Shown here piece after piece: positions 51,697-62,172 of a stretch of 64,000 nt of DNA; the stretch's first letter is position 1; the number at the start of each line of letters is the position of its first letter. Source of the stretch: Gammaproteobacteria bacterium (GTDB lineage Bacteria > Pseudomonadota > Gammaproteobacteria > Eutrophobiales > Eutrophobiaceae); the NCBI GenBank assembly GCA_965215365.1, contig CBDCDS010000003.1:1056001-1120000 (forward strand), in the 5' to 3' direction. The notes below the pieces were generated by a model. It saw only the letters and a list, made by a program, of their open reading frames with translations. It was not told where the DNA came from and did not search any database. The translations under genes were made by a program, and so were the position numbers.

Positions 51697-52701
51697 ATGG
51701 CAACCCAGGACATTCTTGATACCGCATTGCAGTGGCTGGCTGAGGGTCGCAAGCTGGCCCTGGCGACTGTGGTGGAGACTTGGGGCTCGGCACCGGTTCC
51801 CGCTGGCAGCCAACTGCTGGTGGACGGGCAGACCCACTTTATCGGTTCGGTTTCCGGAGGCTGCGTGGAAACTGCGGTCATTGGCGCGGCGCAGGAGGTA
51901 ATAAGCAATGGGGCGCCGCGCCTGCTTGAATACGGCGTGACCAATGAAAGGGCCTGGGAGGTCGGACTGGCTTGTGGCGGACATATCAGGATTTACCTGG
52001 AATTTATCAGCGCGGCGCAGCAGACGTTGCTGCAACAGCTCAATACCTGCCGCGCCGCGGGCGCGTCCTGTGTCCTGCTCAGGAACCTCGATACCCATGA
52101 CGGTCTGGTGTTGGAACCGGGCTTGCATGTGGATGAGCAACATGCAGAGTTGCATGAACTGTCCCTGCAAGCGTTGCAGACCGACCGCTGTGTGCGGCAC
52201 CAGGTGCAGGGGCAGGACTGGTTCATTCAACCCGTTAACACGCCGTTGCGCCTGCTCATCATTGGCGCGGTGCATACCGCCCAGCATCTGGCAGGTTACG
52301 CCTTGTCCTGTGGTTACGAGGTGGTGGTGGTTGACCCAAGACCGGCGTTTGCCAGCGTCGCCCGTTTTCCCGGAGTGGCCCTGAACACGGAGTGGCCGGA
52401 TTATGCCTTGGAATTGCTGGCGCCGGACCGGCGTACCGCCCTGGTGACCCTGTCGCACGATCCGAAACTGGATGATCCGGCCTTGCAGCTGGCATTGCGT
52501 TCCCCGGCATTTTATGTCGGTGCTCTGGGCAGCAGGAAAACCCAGGCCGCGCGCCGGGAACGGTTGCGCGCGGCCGGCCTCGCGGAGGCTGAAATCGCCC
52601 GGTTAAAGGCACCGGTAGGACTGGATATCGGTGCCCGTTCCCCGGCGGAGATTGCGGTATCGATCATGGCACAGATGACCCAGACGCTGCGTAAGGCGTG
52701 A
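51697..52701 (+). CDS. XdhC/CoxI family molybdoenzyme maturation factor
   Basis: TWGSAP, GSVSGGCVE, GLACGG, YVGALGS and PVGLDIG. Confidence 0.9.
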   Translation: MATQDILDTALQWLAEGRKLALATVVETWGSAPVPAGSQLLVDGQTHFIGSVSGGCVETAVIGAAQEVISNGAPRLLEYGVTNERAWEVGLACGGHIRIYLEFISAAQQTLLQQLNTCRAAGASCVLLRNLDTHDGLVLEPGLHVDEQHAELHELSLQALQTDRCVRHQVQGQDWFIQPVNTPLRLLIIGAVHTAQHLAGYALSCGYEVVVVDPRPAFASVARFPGVALNTEWPDYALELLAPDRRTALVTLSHDPKLDDPALQLALRSPAFYVGALGSRKTQAARRERLRAAGLAEAEIARLKAPVGLDIGARSPAEIAVSIMAQMTQTLRKA

Positions 52702-52722
52702 TGCACTGAAAAGTAATCTGCG

Positions 52723-54039
52723 CTAATCTGCGCCATCTGCGGACCAATCACTCGCTTTAATCAAGCGATAGCAACAGCACAGCAGCAGCAGCGCGGTGAC
52801 CAGACTGGCGGCAATGGCAGCGAGGCCGGCGCCGGGCAGGCCGAGTTCCGGGAGCAGCGCCAGCAGCGCCGCGACCTGCACGAGGGTGGCGAACATCCGC
52901 ACGCGCATGGAAATTTCGGGGCGGCCGATGGCATGCAGGGCGGGGTCAAGCGCGAAGCTGGCCAGGGCCAGGGCCGCGGCGATCAGTAGCAGCATGAGGA
53001 CGTTATAGGCGCTGACGTACTCGGTGCCGAAGAACAGCCCCAGCAGCGGCTGTCCGAACAGGAAAACGAGCGCCAGGATGATGCCGGCCAAGGCCGCGCC
53101 GGCCAGGGCGGAATGGATTATCAGATCCCACAGGCGCCGGAAATTCCCGAGTGCCGCAATTTTTGTCATTTCCGGGTAAACAGTCTCAGTGAACAGCAGC
53201 GCCGGTTTGACCAGCGCGTTGGCAAATTCCTGGGTGACCTTGAACAGGCCGGCGCTGGCCGGGCCGGTCAGGGCGCCGACGATGAGGGTGGCAATATGCA
53301 CACTGGAGGTATGCAGGGTTGTGTTGATGTGCGAGGCCCAGATAAACGACAGAATCCCTTCGTGAGGCCGCAGCAGCTGGTGCAGGCTGAGGTTCATATC
53401 CTTGCCAAAGCCACTGCGACCGAACTCACGCCAGCCCAGCCACACCGTGGCAAAACATTGCAGCACGCCGGCGCCGAACCATACCAGCAGGAACGCCGCG
53501 ACGTGCCGGTAGAGCAGGAATGCGCCCAAGGCACCAACCAGACGCAGGGTGGGTACCAGCATCTGCATGAGCGCAATCAGGTCGAAACGGTCGAACAGGC
53601 GCAGCAGGCCCAGGGATGTATTCTTGAAGTTGAACAGGATCATCAGGCAGTAGAGGGCGGCCAGCGGCGCCAGTTCCGGAGTGACACCGAACCAGGGGGC
53701 GACCAACGGTATTGCCAGCACACCCACCAGTGTGCCGAGCACACAGAACCCCAGGTCCAGCAGCAGGGTGAATTTCACCAGTTTTTGGAAGTCTGCGCGG
53801 CTGTTCCGCTGCCGGCACAGTGCGCCGTACCTCACTACGCACTGCGAGGTCTTCAACGTGACCAGATCACGGATTGCGGCAGTATAGGCGTGGATGAGGA
53901 TGAGTACGCCGAAATTGTGAACACCCAGGGCGCGGGTAGCCAGCGCCAGATAAGCCAGACCCACCAACGCGGTATAAACCTTGCTCGCAGTGAGCATGGC
54001 GGAGTTCTTGAAAATCCGGAGGTAGAGACCGTCGTTCAT
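52723..54039 (-). CDS. MOP/Wzx-like oligosaccharide/lipid flippase family protein
   Basis: About 12 hydrophobic segments; LATRALGVHNFG; directly downstream of spt. Confidence 0.75.
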   Translation of the reverse strand: MNDGLYLRIFKNSAMLTASKVYTALVGLAYLALATRALGVHNFGVLILIHAYTAAIRDLVTLKTSQCVVRYGALCRQRNSRADFQKLVKFTLLLDLGFCVLGTLVGVLAIPLVAPWFGVTPELAPLAALYCLMILFNFKNTSLGLLRLFDRFDLIALMQMLVPTLRLVGALGAFLLYRHVAAFLLVWFGAGVLQCFATVWLGWREFGRSGFGKDMNLSLHQLLRPHEGILSFIWASHINTTLHTSSVHIATLIVGALTGPASAGLFKVTQEFANALVKPALLFTETVYPEMTKIAALGNFRRLWDLIIHSALAGAALAGIILALVFLFGQPLLGLFFGTEYVSAYNVLMLLLIAAALALASFALDPALHAIGRPEISMRVRMFATLVQVAALLALLPELGLPGAGLAAIAASLVTALLLLCCCYRLIKASDWSADGAD

Positions 54040-54109
54040 GTTACCTTTCCCATTCGTCATCCCTGCGCAAACAGGAATGTTAATGACGGGTCGTAATGCG
54101 CGGTGCCAT

Positions 54110-55297
54110 TTATTCTGTAAAGTCCGGCGCCAGATTACCGAAAGCCTCACAGATCCGGTCTATCTGTTCATCGGTATGGGCGGCGCTGACGCTGATGCGT
54201 ACCAGAGATTTGCCGTCAGGGGTTGCCGGGGGAAAGATCAGGTTCACATAGACGCCTTGTTCATGCAGACTGCGCCATAATGCCAGCGCCTGTTCCCGAG
54301 TGTCCAGCAGGGCGGCGATGACCGGGCAGGGCTCGGGGCCGAGTGTATAACCTGCATCATGCAAGTGTTGATACAGACGCCGCGCGTGACGCCACAGGCG
54401 GGCGCGCAGGTCGCCGCCCTGTGCCACCCGCCGCAGCGCAGCCCGGGTCGAGGCAATGACGGATGGGCAGGGCGAGGCGGTGAAGATATAGGGCCGGCTT
54501 GCATAACGTATCAGCTCGAGTTGCGGATGGTTGCTCACACAGTAGCCGCCGGTACTGGCCAGACTTTTACTGAAAGTGCCGGCAATGAAATCCGCGTCGT
54601 GGATAACACCGGCTTCCTCCACCAGACCCCTGCCGCGTTCCCCCAGCACGCCCAGAGAATGGGCTTCATCCACCAGCAACATGGCGCCGTGGGTATTTTT
54701 TACCTCGATAATCTCCCGGATACGCGCCTTGTCACCCAGCATACTGTAGATGCCCTCGATGATCACCAGAGTCGTCGTCGCGCGCGCCCCCAGGCGGCGC
54801 AGGCGTCGGTCCAGATCCGCGGGGTTATTATGGCGGAAGCGCAGGATGTCGGCGCCACTCAGACGGCAACCGTCGTAGATGCTGGCGTGGCTATCCGCGT
54901 CGATCAGGATGGTGTCCTCATTGTTGGTCAAGCCGGATATCACTGCCAGGTTGGCCTGATAGCCGGTGGTGAAGACGATGGCCTGCTCACAGCCATAGAA
55001 CGCAGCAATTTCCTGCTCCAGCGCGCGGTGGCCGGCAAAGCTGCCATTGGCCATTCTCGAGCCGGTGGTGCCGGTGCCCAGTTCATCCAGCGCAGCATGG
55101 GCGGCGCTGAGGCTGGCCGCATCGAAAGTGAGCCCTAGGTAATTGTTGGTGCCGGCCAGGATAGTTCTGCGGCCGTTAATGCGCGCTTCCGTTGCCGAGT
55201 AGATTTCTTCTATGGGCGCGCCGAACGGATCAATGCCGCGTCCCAGCAGGTTATGCCGGTCCCGCATCAACGGCTGAAACTTGGCAAACAGGGTCAT
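54110..55297 (-). CDS. spt: Serine palmitoyltransferase
   Basis: GTNNYLGL, GTTGSRMANG, DEAHS and GTFSKS (PLP lysine); next to an ACP. Confidence 0.85.
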   Translation of the reverse strand: MTLFAKFQPLMRDRHNLLGRGIDPFGAPIEEIYSATEARINGRRTILAGTNNYLGLTFDAASLSAAHAALDELGTGTTGSRMANGSFAGHRALEQEIAAFYGCEQAIVFTTGYQANLAVISGLTNNEDTILIDADSHASIYDGCRLSGADILRFRHNNPADLDRRLRRLGARATTTLVIIEGIYSMLGDKARIREIIEVKNTHGAMLLVDEAHSLGVLGERGRGLVEEAGVIHDADFIAGTFSKSLASTGGYCVSNHPQLELIRYASRPYIFTASPCPSVIASTRAALRRVAQGGDLRARLWRHARRLYQHLHDAGYTLGPEPCPVIAALLDTREQALALWRSLHEQGVYVNLIFPPATPDGKSLVRISVSAAHTDEQIDRICEAFGNLAPDFTE

Positions 55298-55575
55298 GGG
55301 TCGGATTTCTCACACCCGGAAAGGATAACAGCGTGAATCTTGTGCGCCAGATCCTTGACGGTCTGCACATCTGCCAGCAGGTTAACCGGCATGGATATGT
55401 CAAACTCATCTTCGATATCCATGAGCAGGTCCAGCACCTTGAATGAATCCAGCCCGAGCTCTGTCACCAGTTCGGAATCTTCCGTCAACCGGACTTCGGC
55501 GGCAGTCAGTCCGTCCAGTGCGCTGAGCACTTTTTCCAGAATTTCCCCGTAACTTGTACCGTGGCTTGCGCTCAT
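55294..55575 (-). CDS. Acyl carrier protein
   Basis: LGLDS phosphopantetheine site; IEDEFDI. Confidence 0.9.
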   Translation of the reverse strand: MSASHGTSYGEILEKVLSALDGLTAAEVRLTEDSELVTELGLDSFKVLDLLMDIEDEFDISMPVNLLADVQTVKDLAHKIHAVILSGCEKSDP

Positions 55576-55599
55576 GCAGTATTCTCCGGCTTTAAGGTG

Positions 55600-55634
55600 T
55601 GAAAATGCCACGGAGGGCATTTTCAGAGACGTCC
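55600..55634. repeat. MITE family B short hairpin
   Basis: TGAAAATGCCACGGAGGGCATTTTCA. Confidence 0.7.
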
Positions 55635-55635
55635 A

Positions 55636-56544
55636 TTATACTACCGAGTCAAGGGTCTCAGCCAAACGGAGAGTTGGCCGCCAGCCAATGCTGGTTGTCA
55701 AAGGCGCATTATCACATACCCAGTTTTCGTGCGTGACTTCGTTGACCTTGCCCGGGGTGAGCATGGCCGGATAACGGCAGGCACGGGCCAGCCACAGGTT
55801 GGCATGAGCGGCGCATTTCAGCAATGTTGCCGGAACCCGTAGCCGGGTAACGTTACGTTGCCAGGTGTCCCGGCTGATGGTTGCGAGGTCTTCCCAGCGA
55901 TACCCGCCGGCGTTGCCGTCATCCAGTTCAAACAGTCCTTGTGCTGCCTTTGCCTGTAACCACATCAGCATGGCTTGCGCCAGATCATGGACATAGATCA
56001 GACTGATCCGGGTCGCCGGCGAACCGAACGTCAGCAGCACGCCGCGCCGCAGCAGGCGAAACAGGGGACGCATTTCCTTGTCGCCCGGCCCATATACGGC
56101 GGTGGGACGAAAAATGGTGCGGGACAGGTCCGCGTAGCGGTCTGACAGCAGCAGTGCTTCCGCGTCTGCTTTACTGCGCGCATACCAGGAATAGTGCGGA
56201 TACCTCGCGGCCAGCGATGAAATCAGCAAAAATCGGGGCGCCGGTGTCACCTTTCGGGCTGCGGCCAACAGGTTTTCCGTGCCGTTGAGATTGACTTGCA
56301 GAAACTGCGCCAGGGAATTCCCGCGGGTGATGCCGGCGCAATGTATGATGCCGGCGCAGCCATCGACAAGTTCGGCCAGCGCCGCGCGATTGTCGAGATC
56401 GCCGTTGATCCAGCGAACACACTCGCGCCCGGGTTGCGGGCGGCGGGTGAGCGCCTTGATCAGGTAGCCTGAATTAACCAGCGCAGTGAGGAAATTGCTG
56501 CCGACAAAGCCTGTGGCTCCGGTCAGCGCCACAGTTGCTGTCAC
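55636..56544 (-). CDS. NAD-dependent epimerase/reductase, probable ceramide reductase (CerR-like)
   Basis: TGATGFVG and YARSK (YxxxK); located in the spt cluster. Confidence 0.75.
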   Translation of the reverse strand: MTATVALTGATGFVGSNFLTALVNSGYLIKALTRRPQPGRECVRWINGDLDNRAALAELVDGCAGIIHCAGITRGNSLAQFLQVNLNGTENLLAAARKVTPAPRFLLISSLAARYPHYSWYARSKADAEALLLSDRYADLSRTIFRPTAVYGPGDKEMRPLFRLLRRGVLLTFGSPATRISLIYVHDLAQAMLMWLQAKAAQGLFELDDGNAGGYRWEDLATISRDTWQRNVTRLRVPATLLKCAAHANLWLARACRYPAMLTPGKVNEVTHENWVCDNAPLTTSIGWRPTLRLAETLDSVV

Positions 56545-56546
56545 GA

Positions 56547-56589
56547 GGCCACCTCTAAAAATACCACGGAGGGTATTTTAGAGGTTCCC
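56547..56589. repeat. MITE family B short hairpin
   Basis: GGCCACCTCTAAAAATACCACGGAGGGTATTTTAGAGGTTCCC. Confidence 0.75.
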
Positions 56590-56636
56590 ATGACGGTCGC
56601 GCGCTCACGGCCTCCGCGTTGTCCGGCTGCAGCCGG

Positions 56637-58388
56637 TCAGGCGGTTTCGGCTTGTAAAGTAGCGGCCTGGGCCAGATCTACTCTTTTGGTAAAGCCTTTG
56701 CGCGCTGCAACCCGGGACAGTTTGCCCGATGAGGTACGTGGCAGAGTATGCGGGTCAACCAGGTCCACATAACAGAAAATCCCGAAGCCCTCATAGACTT
56801 TCCGTTGCAATTTTTTGATTAACAACTGTCTGGCCGTGCTGTCGGTCAGGCGGCATTCGACTACCAGCACAACGATCTGTTGACCGTTGTCAAGTTCTAT
56901 ATCGAAGGCCGAGGATTCGCCCATCCTGACTCCATCCATCTCTTCGGCTATTTCCTCTAGGTCCTGGGCACGGATGTTCCTGCCGTTGACGATGATGATG
57001 TCTTTGCGCCGACCGGTCAGATAGAGGTTATCGCAATACAGGTAGCCCAGGTCACCGGTATCGAGCCAACCGTTTTCCAGCATCACCCGGTCGGTAGCCT
57101 GCTGGTCGTCCAGATAGCCATCCATCAGACTGGGGCCCTTTATCAGGACTCTGCCGACGCGCAAGTCCGGCAACAACTCGCCGTCGCTGCCGACAATCCG
57201 GATCTCGTGTTCCGGCAGGGCGCGACCGCAATTCACTATCTCGTTGATCTTGCGGTGGTGCGACTGCACGCGCACAGCAATACCTCGTTCCGCCATGGTC
57301 AGGGCGTCTACTGACATGACATCCAGACCGCACTCAAGTTCTGAGAAGGTCGCCGCCAGCGAGGCCTCTGCCAACCCGTAACAGGGCAGAAAGGCATTGG
57401 CGTCAAAACCAGTTGCAGCCATAGTCTGCGCAAACGCCTTGAAGGTGCTGGAACGCAACATCTCTGCGCCAATGCCGGCAATGCGCCAGCAATCCAGATT
57501 AAGCTGTCCCAGATCCGCGCTACGAATCCTGCGGGTGCAGAGCTCGTAACCGAACGGCGGCGAGAAGGCAATCGTACAGCGATTGCGACTGATTAAACGC
57601 AACCATTGCAACGGGCGTATGGCAAAATCTCTGGTGCGCAGGTAATCCACGGACAGCTGCGAGGCGATCGGCCCGAGCACGAAGCCAACCAGCCCCATGT
57701 CATGGTAGAACGGCAACCAGGACGCGCAACGATCGCCGTTATGCACTTGCAGGCCGCTTCTGGTGATCCCTTGCAGGTTGCTCATGACGGCCTTGCCGGT
57801 AATGACAACGCCCTGTGGCGCGCGCGTGCTGCCCGAAGTAAATTGCAGGTAGGCCGGTTCTTCCGGCCTGCTTGGCTGCATGGGTAGCTCAGACGGGGGG
57901 ATATCAGCCAGTTGTTCCGGGGTGCCGATCCATTGCAGGTGTTCGTTATCGGCACTGGCTTCCTCGAGGAAGCTGATAAATTCCTTATGGGCGATGGCCA
58001 CTTTGGCCCTGCCGCTGCTGAGCAGCCCGTTGAGCTGCTGCACATACACCGCGTGGCTGCCGAGGTTCAGTGGTATCGGCATGGCAAACGGGACCAGCCC
58101 GACATATTGACAAGCGAAGAACAGGACCATGAAATCCGGGTGGGTGTCGGCCACCAGCGCGATGTGATCGCCGCGCTTCAGGTCCATACTGAGCAGGCGC
58201 CGGGCCGCAATTCCGGCTTGTTCCCGGAGTTCGCTATATGGCAGGACGGCGTTGAGCCGGCCCCTGGCATCGTAGAAATTGCACCCGGTGACACCCGTGG
58301 CCGCGTAATCCAGCGCCTCTGACAGACAGGAGAAACCGGCAAGATCTTGCGAAATTGTATTACCTGTGTTCGTCGCTTCTCGGCTCAC
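56637..58388 (-). CDS. Fatty acyl-AMP ligase / acyl-ACP synthetase
   Basis: YLQFTSGSTR, WLPFYHDMGL, YGLAEA, TGDLG and PRTSSGK. Confidence 0.88.
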   Translation of the reverse strand: MSREATNTGNTISQDLAGFSCLSEALDYAATGVTGCNFYDARGRLNAVLPYSELREQAGIAARRLLSMDLKRGDHIALVADTHPDFMVLFFACQYVGLVPFAMPIPLNLGSHAVYVQQLNGLLSSGRAKVAIAHKEFISFLEEASADNEHLQWIGTPEQLADIPPSELPMQPSRPEEPAYLQFTSGSTRAPQGVVITGKAVMSNLQGITRSGLQVHNGDRCASWLPFYHDMGLVGFVLGPIASQLSVDYLRTRDFAIRPLQWLRLISRNRCTIAFSPPFGYELCTRRIRSADLGQLNLDCWRIAGIGAEMLRSSTFKAFAQTMAATGFDANAFLPCYGLAEASLAATFSELECGLDVMSVDALTMAERGIAVRVQSHHRKINEIVNCGRALPEHEIRIVGSDGELLPDLRVGRVLIKGPSLMDGYLDDQQATDRVMLENGWLDTGDLGYLYCDNLYLTGRRKDIIIVNGRNIRAQDLEEIAEEMDGVRMGESSAFDIELDNGQQIVVLVVECRLTDSTARQLLIKKLQRKVYEGFGIFCYVDLVDPHTLPRTSSGKLSRVAARKGFTKRVDLAQAATLQAETA

Positions 58389-58459
58389 GATGAATAAACT
58401 CCCGTCTTACTCTTGTCAACGCCGGTTGACAAAGACAGACTTGCTTTTGATTCATTACC

Positions 58460-58822
58460 GGGCGCCTCTGAAAATGCCACGGGGGGCATTTTCAGAGTTC
58501 GCTCACAGCGTCCTTCCGCCAGCATAGAACGTTCCCCTGATATGTCGGCGCAGTTAATTATAAACATAAAGCACGGCCATTTTATGGCAGTACCATGGTG
58601 TAATCTACCGAATTGTTACATGTTCTGAAGAAAACTTCCAGTTTTTTTTTCATAGTCACCTGTAAAAATGCCACACAGTGTATTTTTAGAGGTTACTATA
58701 GGCAACCTCTTCAACCATAGCTACGGCTATGGTTTCGGTCGCAGGCACCCGCAGGCAAAACCAATCCGGCGCGATCTTCGCATCACTTGGTGAGATCTGC
58801 GGGCTAAAAATCAGAGGCGCCC
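58460..58822. mobile_element. Cluster of MITE B hairpins (58460-58502, 58654-58697) and a MITE A fragment (about 58710-58804) nested in a MITE B (58701-58822)
   Basis: GGCAACCTCT-[A fragment ending GCGGGC]-TAAAAATCAGAGGCGCCC. Confidence 0.7.
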
Positions 58823-58847
58823 TGTAGCAGCATACATAGCTTAAACG

Positions 58848-60011
58848 ATGACAGACGGACGATCAAAACCCTTTGCTGGCGGCAACGACTCAATCCGGGT
58901 TGTTGCGGTGAACAATCGGCGTCGGTTAGCCGAATTCATGCGACTGCCCTGGCATCTGTACGCGCAGGATCCGTGCTGGGTGCCGCCGTTGCGGCTGGAA
59001 CGGCGGCTGCATCTGTCTTCGTTCAATCCTTATTTTGCCCATGCCCGTTGGCAGGGCTGGGTTGCCTGGCAGGCCGACCGGCCCGTGGGTCGCATCAGTG
59101 CCCAGGTCGATGACCTGCATCGCCGCCATTACCACGTGAAATCCGGGCATTTCGGCTTTCTGGAGTGCACAAACAACCCGGGCGTGATGCGCGCGCTGGT
59201 GGCGGCCAGTGAACGCTGGCTGCAGCAGCAGCAAACCGAGGTGATTACCGGACCCTTCAATTTTTCCATAAACCAGGAGTGTGGCCTGCTGGTGGACGGT
59301 TTCGATACCCCACCGGCGATTATGACCCCGCATAACCCACCCTGGTACGCCGAATTGCTGGAGCAACAGGGCTACCGCGCCGCAAAAGAGCTGTATGCCT
59401 ACTGGATTAAGCCCGATTTTGTCATCCCCAAGGTCATGCAGAACCTGGTGAACAGGTTTGGCGGTGCCGTGCGCTTGCGCACCTTGCGGCGCAGCAGGTT
59501 CAAACAGGAACTGGAAACCCTGCGGGAAATTTTTAACGATGCCTGGTCTCACAACTGGGGTTTCGTGCCGTTTACCCGGAAGGAATTTGCTGAACTCGGT
59601 ACCAGTCTGAGGCTGTTTGTGCCGGATGATTTTATCTGTATCGCGGAATACCAGGGCGAACCGGTTGCGTTTATTGTGGGCCTGCCCAACCTGAACGAGG
59701 TCACCAAGAGCCTGGACGGCAGGTTATTTCCCACCGGATTGCTTAAAATCATCCACGCGTTGCGTAGCCGGCGTATTCGCAGCTGCAGAGTCCCGTTAAT
59801 GGGCGTGCGCAGTAAATGGCAGCATACGCCATTGGGTATTGCGCTGGCCTTGCTGGTGATCAACGATCTCAGGCAAGCGATTATCGAGCGCGGGATCACG
59901 GGCGTGGAAATGTCCTGGATACTGGAGGACAACAAGGGTATGCGCAGCATCTTAGAGCGGGTCGGCAGCCGCTTGTACAAGACCTACCGCATTTACGAAA
60001 AGCGCATGTGA
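58848..60011 (+). CDS. GNAT-fold acyltransferase, probable bacterial ceramide synthase (bCerS-like)
   Basis: DPCWVPPL, GRISAQ, GPFNFSINQECGLL, FNDAWSHNWGF and EMSWILEDN. Confidence 0.8.
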   Translation: MTDGRSKPFAGGNDSIRVVAVNNRRRLAEFMRLPWHLYAQDPCWVPPLRLERRLHLSSFNPYFAHARWQGWVAWQADRPVGRISAQVDDLHRRHYHVKSGHFGFLECTNNPGVMRALVAASERWLQQQQTEVITGPFNFSINQECGLLVDGFDTPPAIMTPHNPPWYAELLEQQGYRAAKELYAYWIKPDFVIPKVMQNLVNRFGGAVRLRTLRRSRFKQELETLREIFNDAWSHNWGFVPFTRKEFAELGTSLRLFVPDDFICIAEYQGEPVAFIVGLPNLNEVTKSLDGRLFPTGLLKIIHALRSRRIRSCRVPLMGVRSKWQHTPLGIALALLVINDLRQAIIERGITGVEMSWILEDNKGMRSILERVGSRLYKTYRIYEKRM

Positions 60012-61111
60012 GCACCCTCAACCTGTTCGACACGCCCGCAGTCATGTCTTATATTCAACGCTATATTGTATGGGAAGTGCTCAGGCCCTTCAGTTTTGTG
60101 CTGCTCATCTTGGTCACCCTGTTTGCCTGTTTCAGCAGCGCCAGATACCTGGCTCAGGCTGTGACCGAGACCCTGGGCATCTACTTCATGCTCAGGCTGA
60201 TTTTGTTGAAGACGTTGATTGCTCTGGAAGTGCTGGTTCCCATTGCGCTCTATACGTCGGTGGTGATTGGTCTTGGCAGATTACATCGCGACCGCGAAAT
60301 AATTGCCTTGAATGCCGCCGGCGCCGGGGATAAAAATATTGTCGGCCCGGTTATGCTGGTATCCATACCGATAGCCCTGCTAGCGGGCTACCTGTCCCTG
60401 TATGCTCGCCCCTGGGCTTATGAGAACAGTTATCGTCTGGATGCCACGGCCAAGGCGGATTTGAATACCGATCGGTTCCAACCAGGGCGCTTTTACGGCA
60501 ACGAAGAGACCGGAACAGTCATCTACATCGGCGCCAAAGACGAGGCCAGCGGCGAGATGGACAAAATTTTTTATTATACCCGCACGCCAGACGCCAGCGA
60601 GATTACCGTGGCGCGTAATGCCACCCAGGACCGGGACCTGGAGGACGGCCGCTTGCGGGTAAACCTCTATAACGGCTGGCTCTACCGCCTGCAGCGGGAG
60701 GCGGCGGCAGATGCACTGGCCAGTTATGAAAAGCTGGTCAGGTTTCATCAGGATCCGCAGGCGAGTATCGGCTACAAGCGCAAGGCGCAAACGACATCCG
60801 CCCTGCTCGACTCCGACAGTCCCGAGGATATAGCCGAGGCCCAGTGGCGCCTGTCCCGCCCCGTAGCCACCCTGCTGCTGGCGCTGATTGCCGTCCCGCT
60901 GAGCCGTTCGTCTCCCCGGCAGGGGAAAAATGAAAGGGTATTCACCGCGGCGCTGGTGTTTGCGGTTTATTACAACCTGAGCGGTGTCGCTCAGACCTGG
61001 GTGGAGCGCGGCATGCTGGGCGAAATCCCCGGCGTCTGGTGGTTGCACGCGCTGCTGGCGCTGGTGACCGCGCTGTTGCTGTCCGGCAAACGCCTGTTGC
61101 CGCGCCTGTGA
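60008..61111 (+). CDS. LptF-family permease
   Basis: LGRLHRDREIIALNAAG, FQPGRF and AEAQWRLS; alternative start at 60044. Confidence 0.85.
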   Translation: MSTLNLFDTPAVMSYIQRYIVWEVLRPFSFVLLILVTLFACFSSARYLAQAVTETLGIYFMLRLILLKTLIALEVLVPIALYTSVVIGLGRLHRDREIIALNAAGAGDKNIVGPVMLVSIPIALLAGYLSLYARPWAYENSYRLDATAKADLNTDRFQPGRFYGNEETGTVIYIGAKDEASGEMDKIFYYTRTPDASEITVARNATQDRDLEDGRLRVNLYNGWLYRLQREAAADALASYEKLVRFHQDPQASIGYKRKAQTTSALLDSDSPEDIAEAQWRLSRPVATLLLALIAVPLSRSSPRQGKNERVFTAALVFAVYYNLSGVAQTWVERGMLGEIPGVWWLHALLALVTALLLSGKRLLPRL

Positions 61112-62172
61112 CCGTGGTTGAAAATTACCTGATGCGCCAGATCGGCTTGGGATTGCTGATTGCCGCGGCGTTGTTGTTGCCATTATTCAGTTTTTTCGAC
61201 CTGATTGACCAGATGGAGCATATCGGCGAGGGCCTGTTCCGTATGCAGGATGCGTTTTACATCGTGCTGTTGCTGTTGCCCCGGCGGCTGATCCAGCTGC
61301 TCCCGTTCATTGCTCTGATTGGCAACGTCATTGCATTGGGCCGCCTGGCGTTGAATTCGGAACTTATCGCCATGCGCGCAGCCGGTTTGTCGCCGGCTAA
61401 AATCAGTCTGGCATCGTTCAAGGTGGGTCTGTGTCTGCTGTTGTTGCTGGGCGCGCTGGAGCAGTACGGCGCCCCCTACCTGCAGAAAAAGGCTATTTCC
61501 CATCGTCTGGAAGTGTTGAACCAGAGTGGCGAACTGGGCGCCGACCTGGGGATCTGGACGCGGGATCAGAACCGCATCATGCGCCTAGGAGAAGCCATCC
61601 AGGCGACTCTGGTACAGGATGTGGAAATTTTTACTCTGGATGACCAGGGGCTGCTTGGCGAATATATCTACGCGCAGGACGCCGAGATCGTCAACAATGA
61701 TCTGTGGCGGTTGCACAATGTCGCCATCAAGGAGTTCAACGGCGAACAGATCGATACGAGATCGCTCGCCCGCATGAGCTGGCGCCCTTTCTTGAGCGCC
61801 GAGCAGATGGACACGCTGACCCGGCCGCCGGAGAGTCTTTCCCCCGAGGAGTTATACCACTACATTGCATACCTGAAGAATGCCGGGCAGCAATATGATG
61901 AAATATCCTTGGCGTTCTGGCGCAAGTTCGGGGCCGGGCTGATCATGCTGGCCATGTTGCTGTTGTCGGCGCCGTTTGTATTCGGTTCGATACGCACCGG
62001 CATCGGTGCCCGGCTGGCGCTGGCGGGTATCACCGGTATTTGCGTCTATCTGCTCGATCAGATCTTCTCCAACGCCGGCTTGCTGCTCAACCTGCACCAC
62101 GCCCTGGTAGCGCTCACCCCCGGGCTGATGCTGATGTTTGTCGGCCTGTTGTGGTTGCGGCGAGTGGCATAA
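61108..62172 (+). CDS. LptG-family permease
   Basis: SELIAMRAAGLS, GIWTRD, PESLS and FGSIR. Confidence 0.85.
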   Translation: MTVVENYLMRQIGLGLLIAAALLLPLFSFFDLIDQMEHIGEGLFRMQDAFYIVLLLLPRRLIQLLPFIALIGNVIALGRLALNSELIAMRAAGLSPAKISLASFKVGLCLLLLLGALEQYGAPYLQKKAISHRLEVLNQSGELGADLGIWTRDQNRIMRLGEAIQATLVQDVEIFTLDDQGLLGEYIYAQDAEIVNNDLWRLHNVAIKEFNGEQIDTRSLARMSWRPFLSAEQMDTLTRPPESLSPEELYHYIAYLKNAGQQYDEISLAFWRKFGAGLIMLAMLLLSAPFVFGSIRTGIGARLALAGITGICVYLLDQIFSNAGLLLNLHHALVALTPGLMLMFVGLLWLRRVA

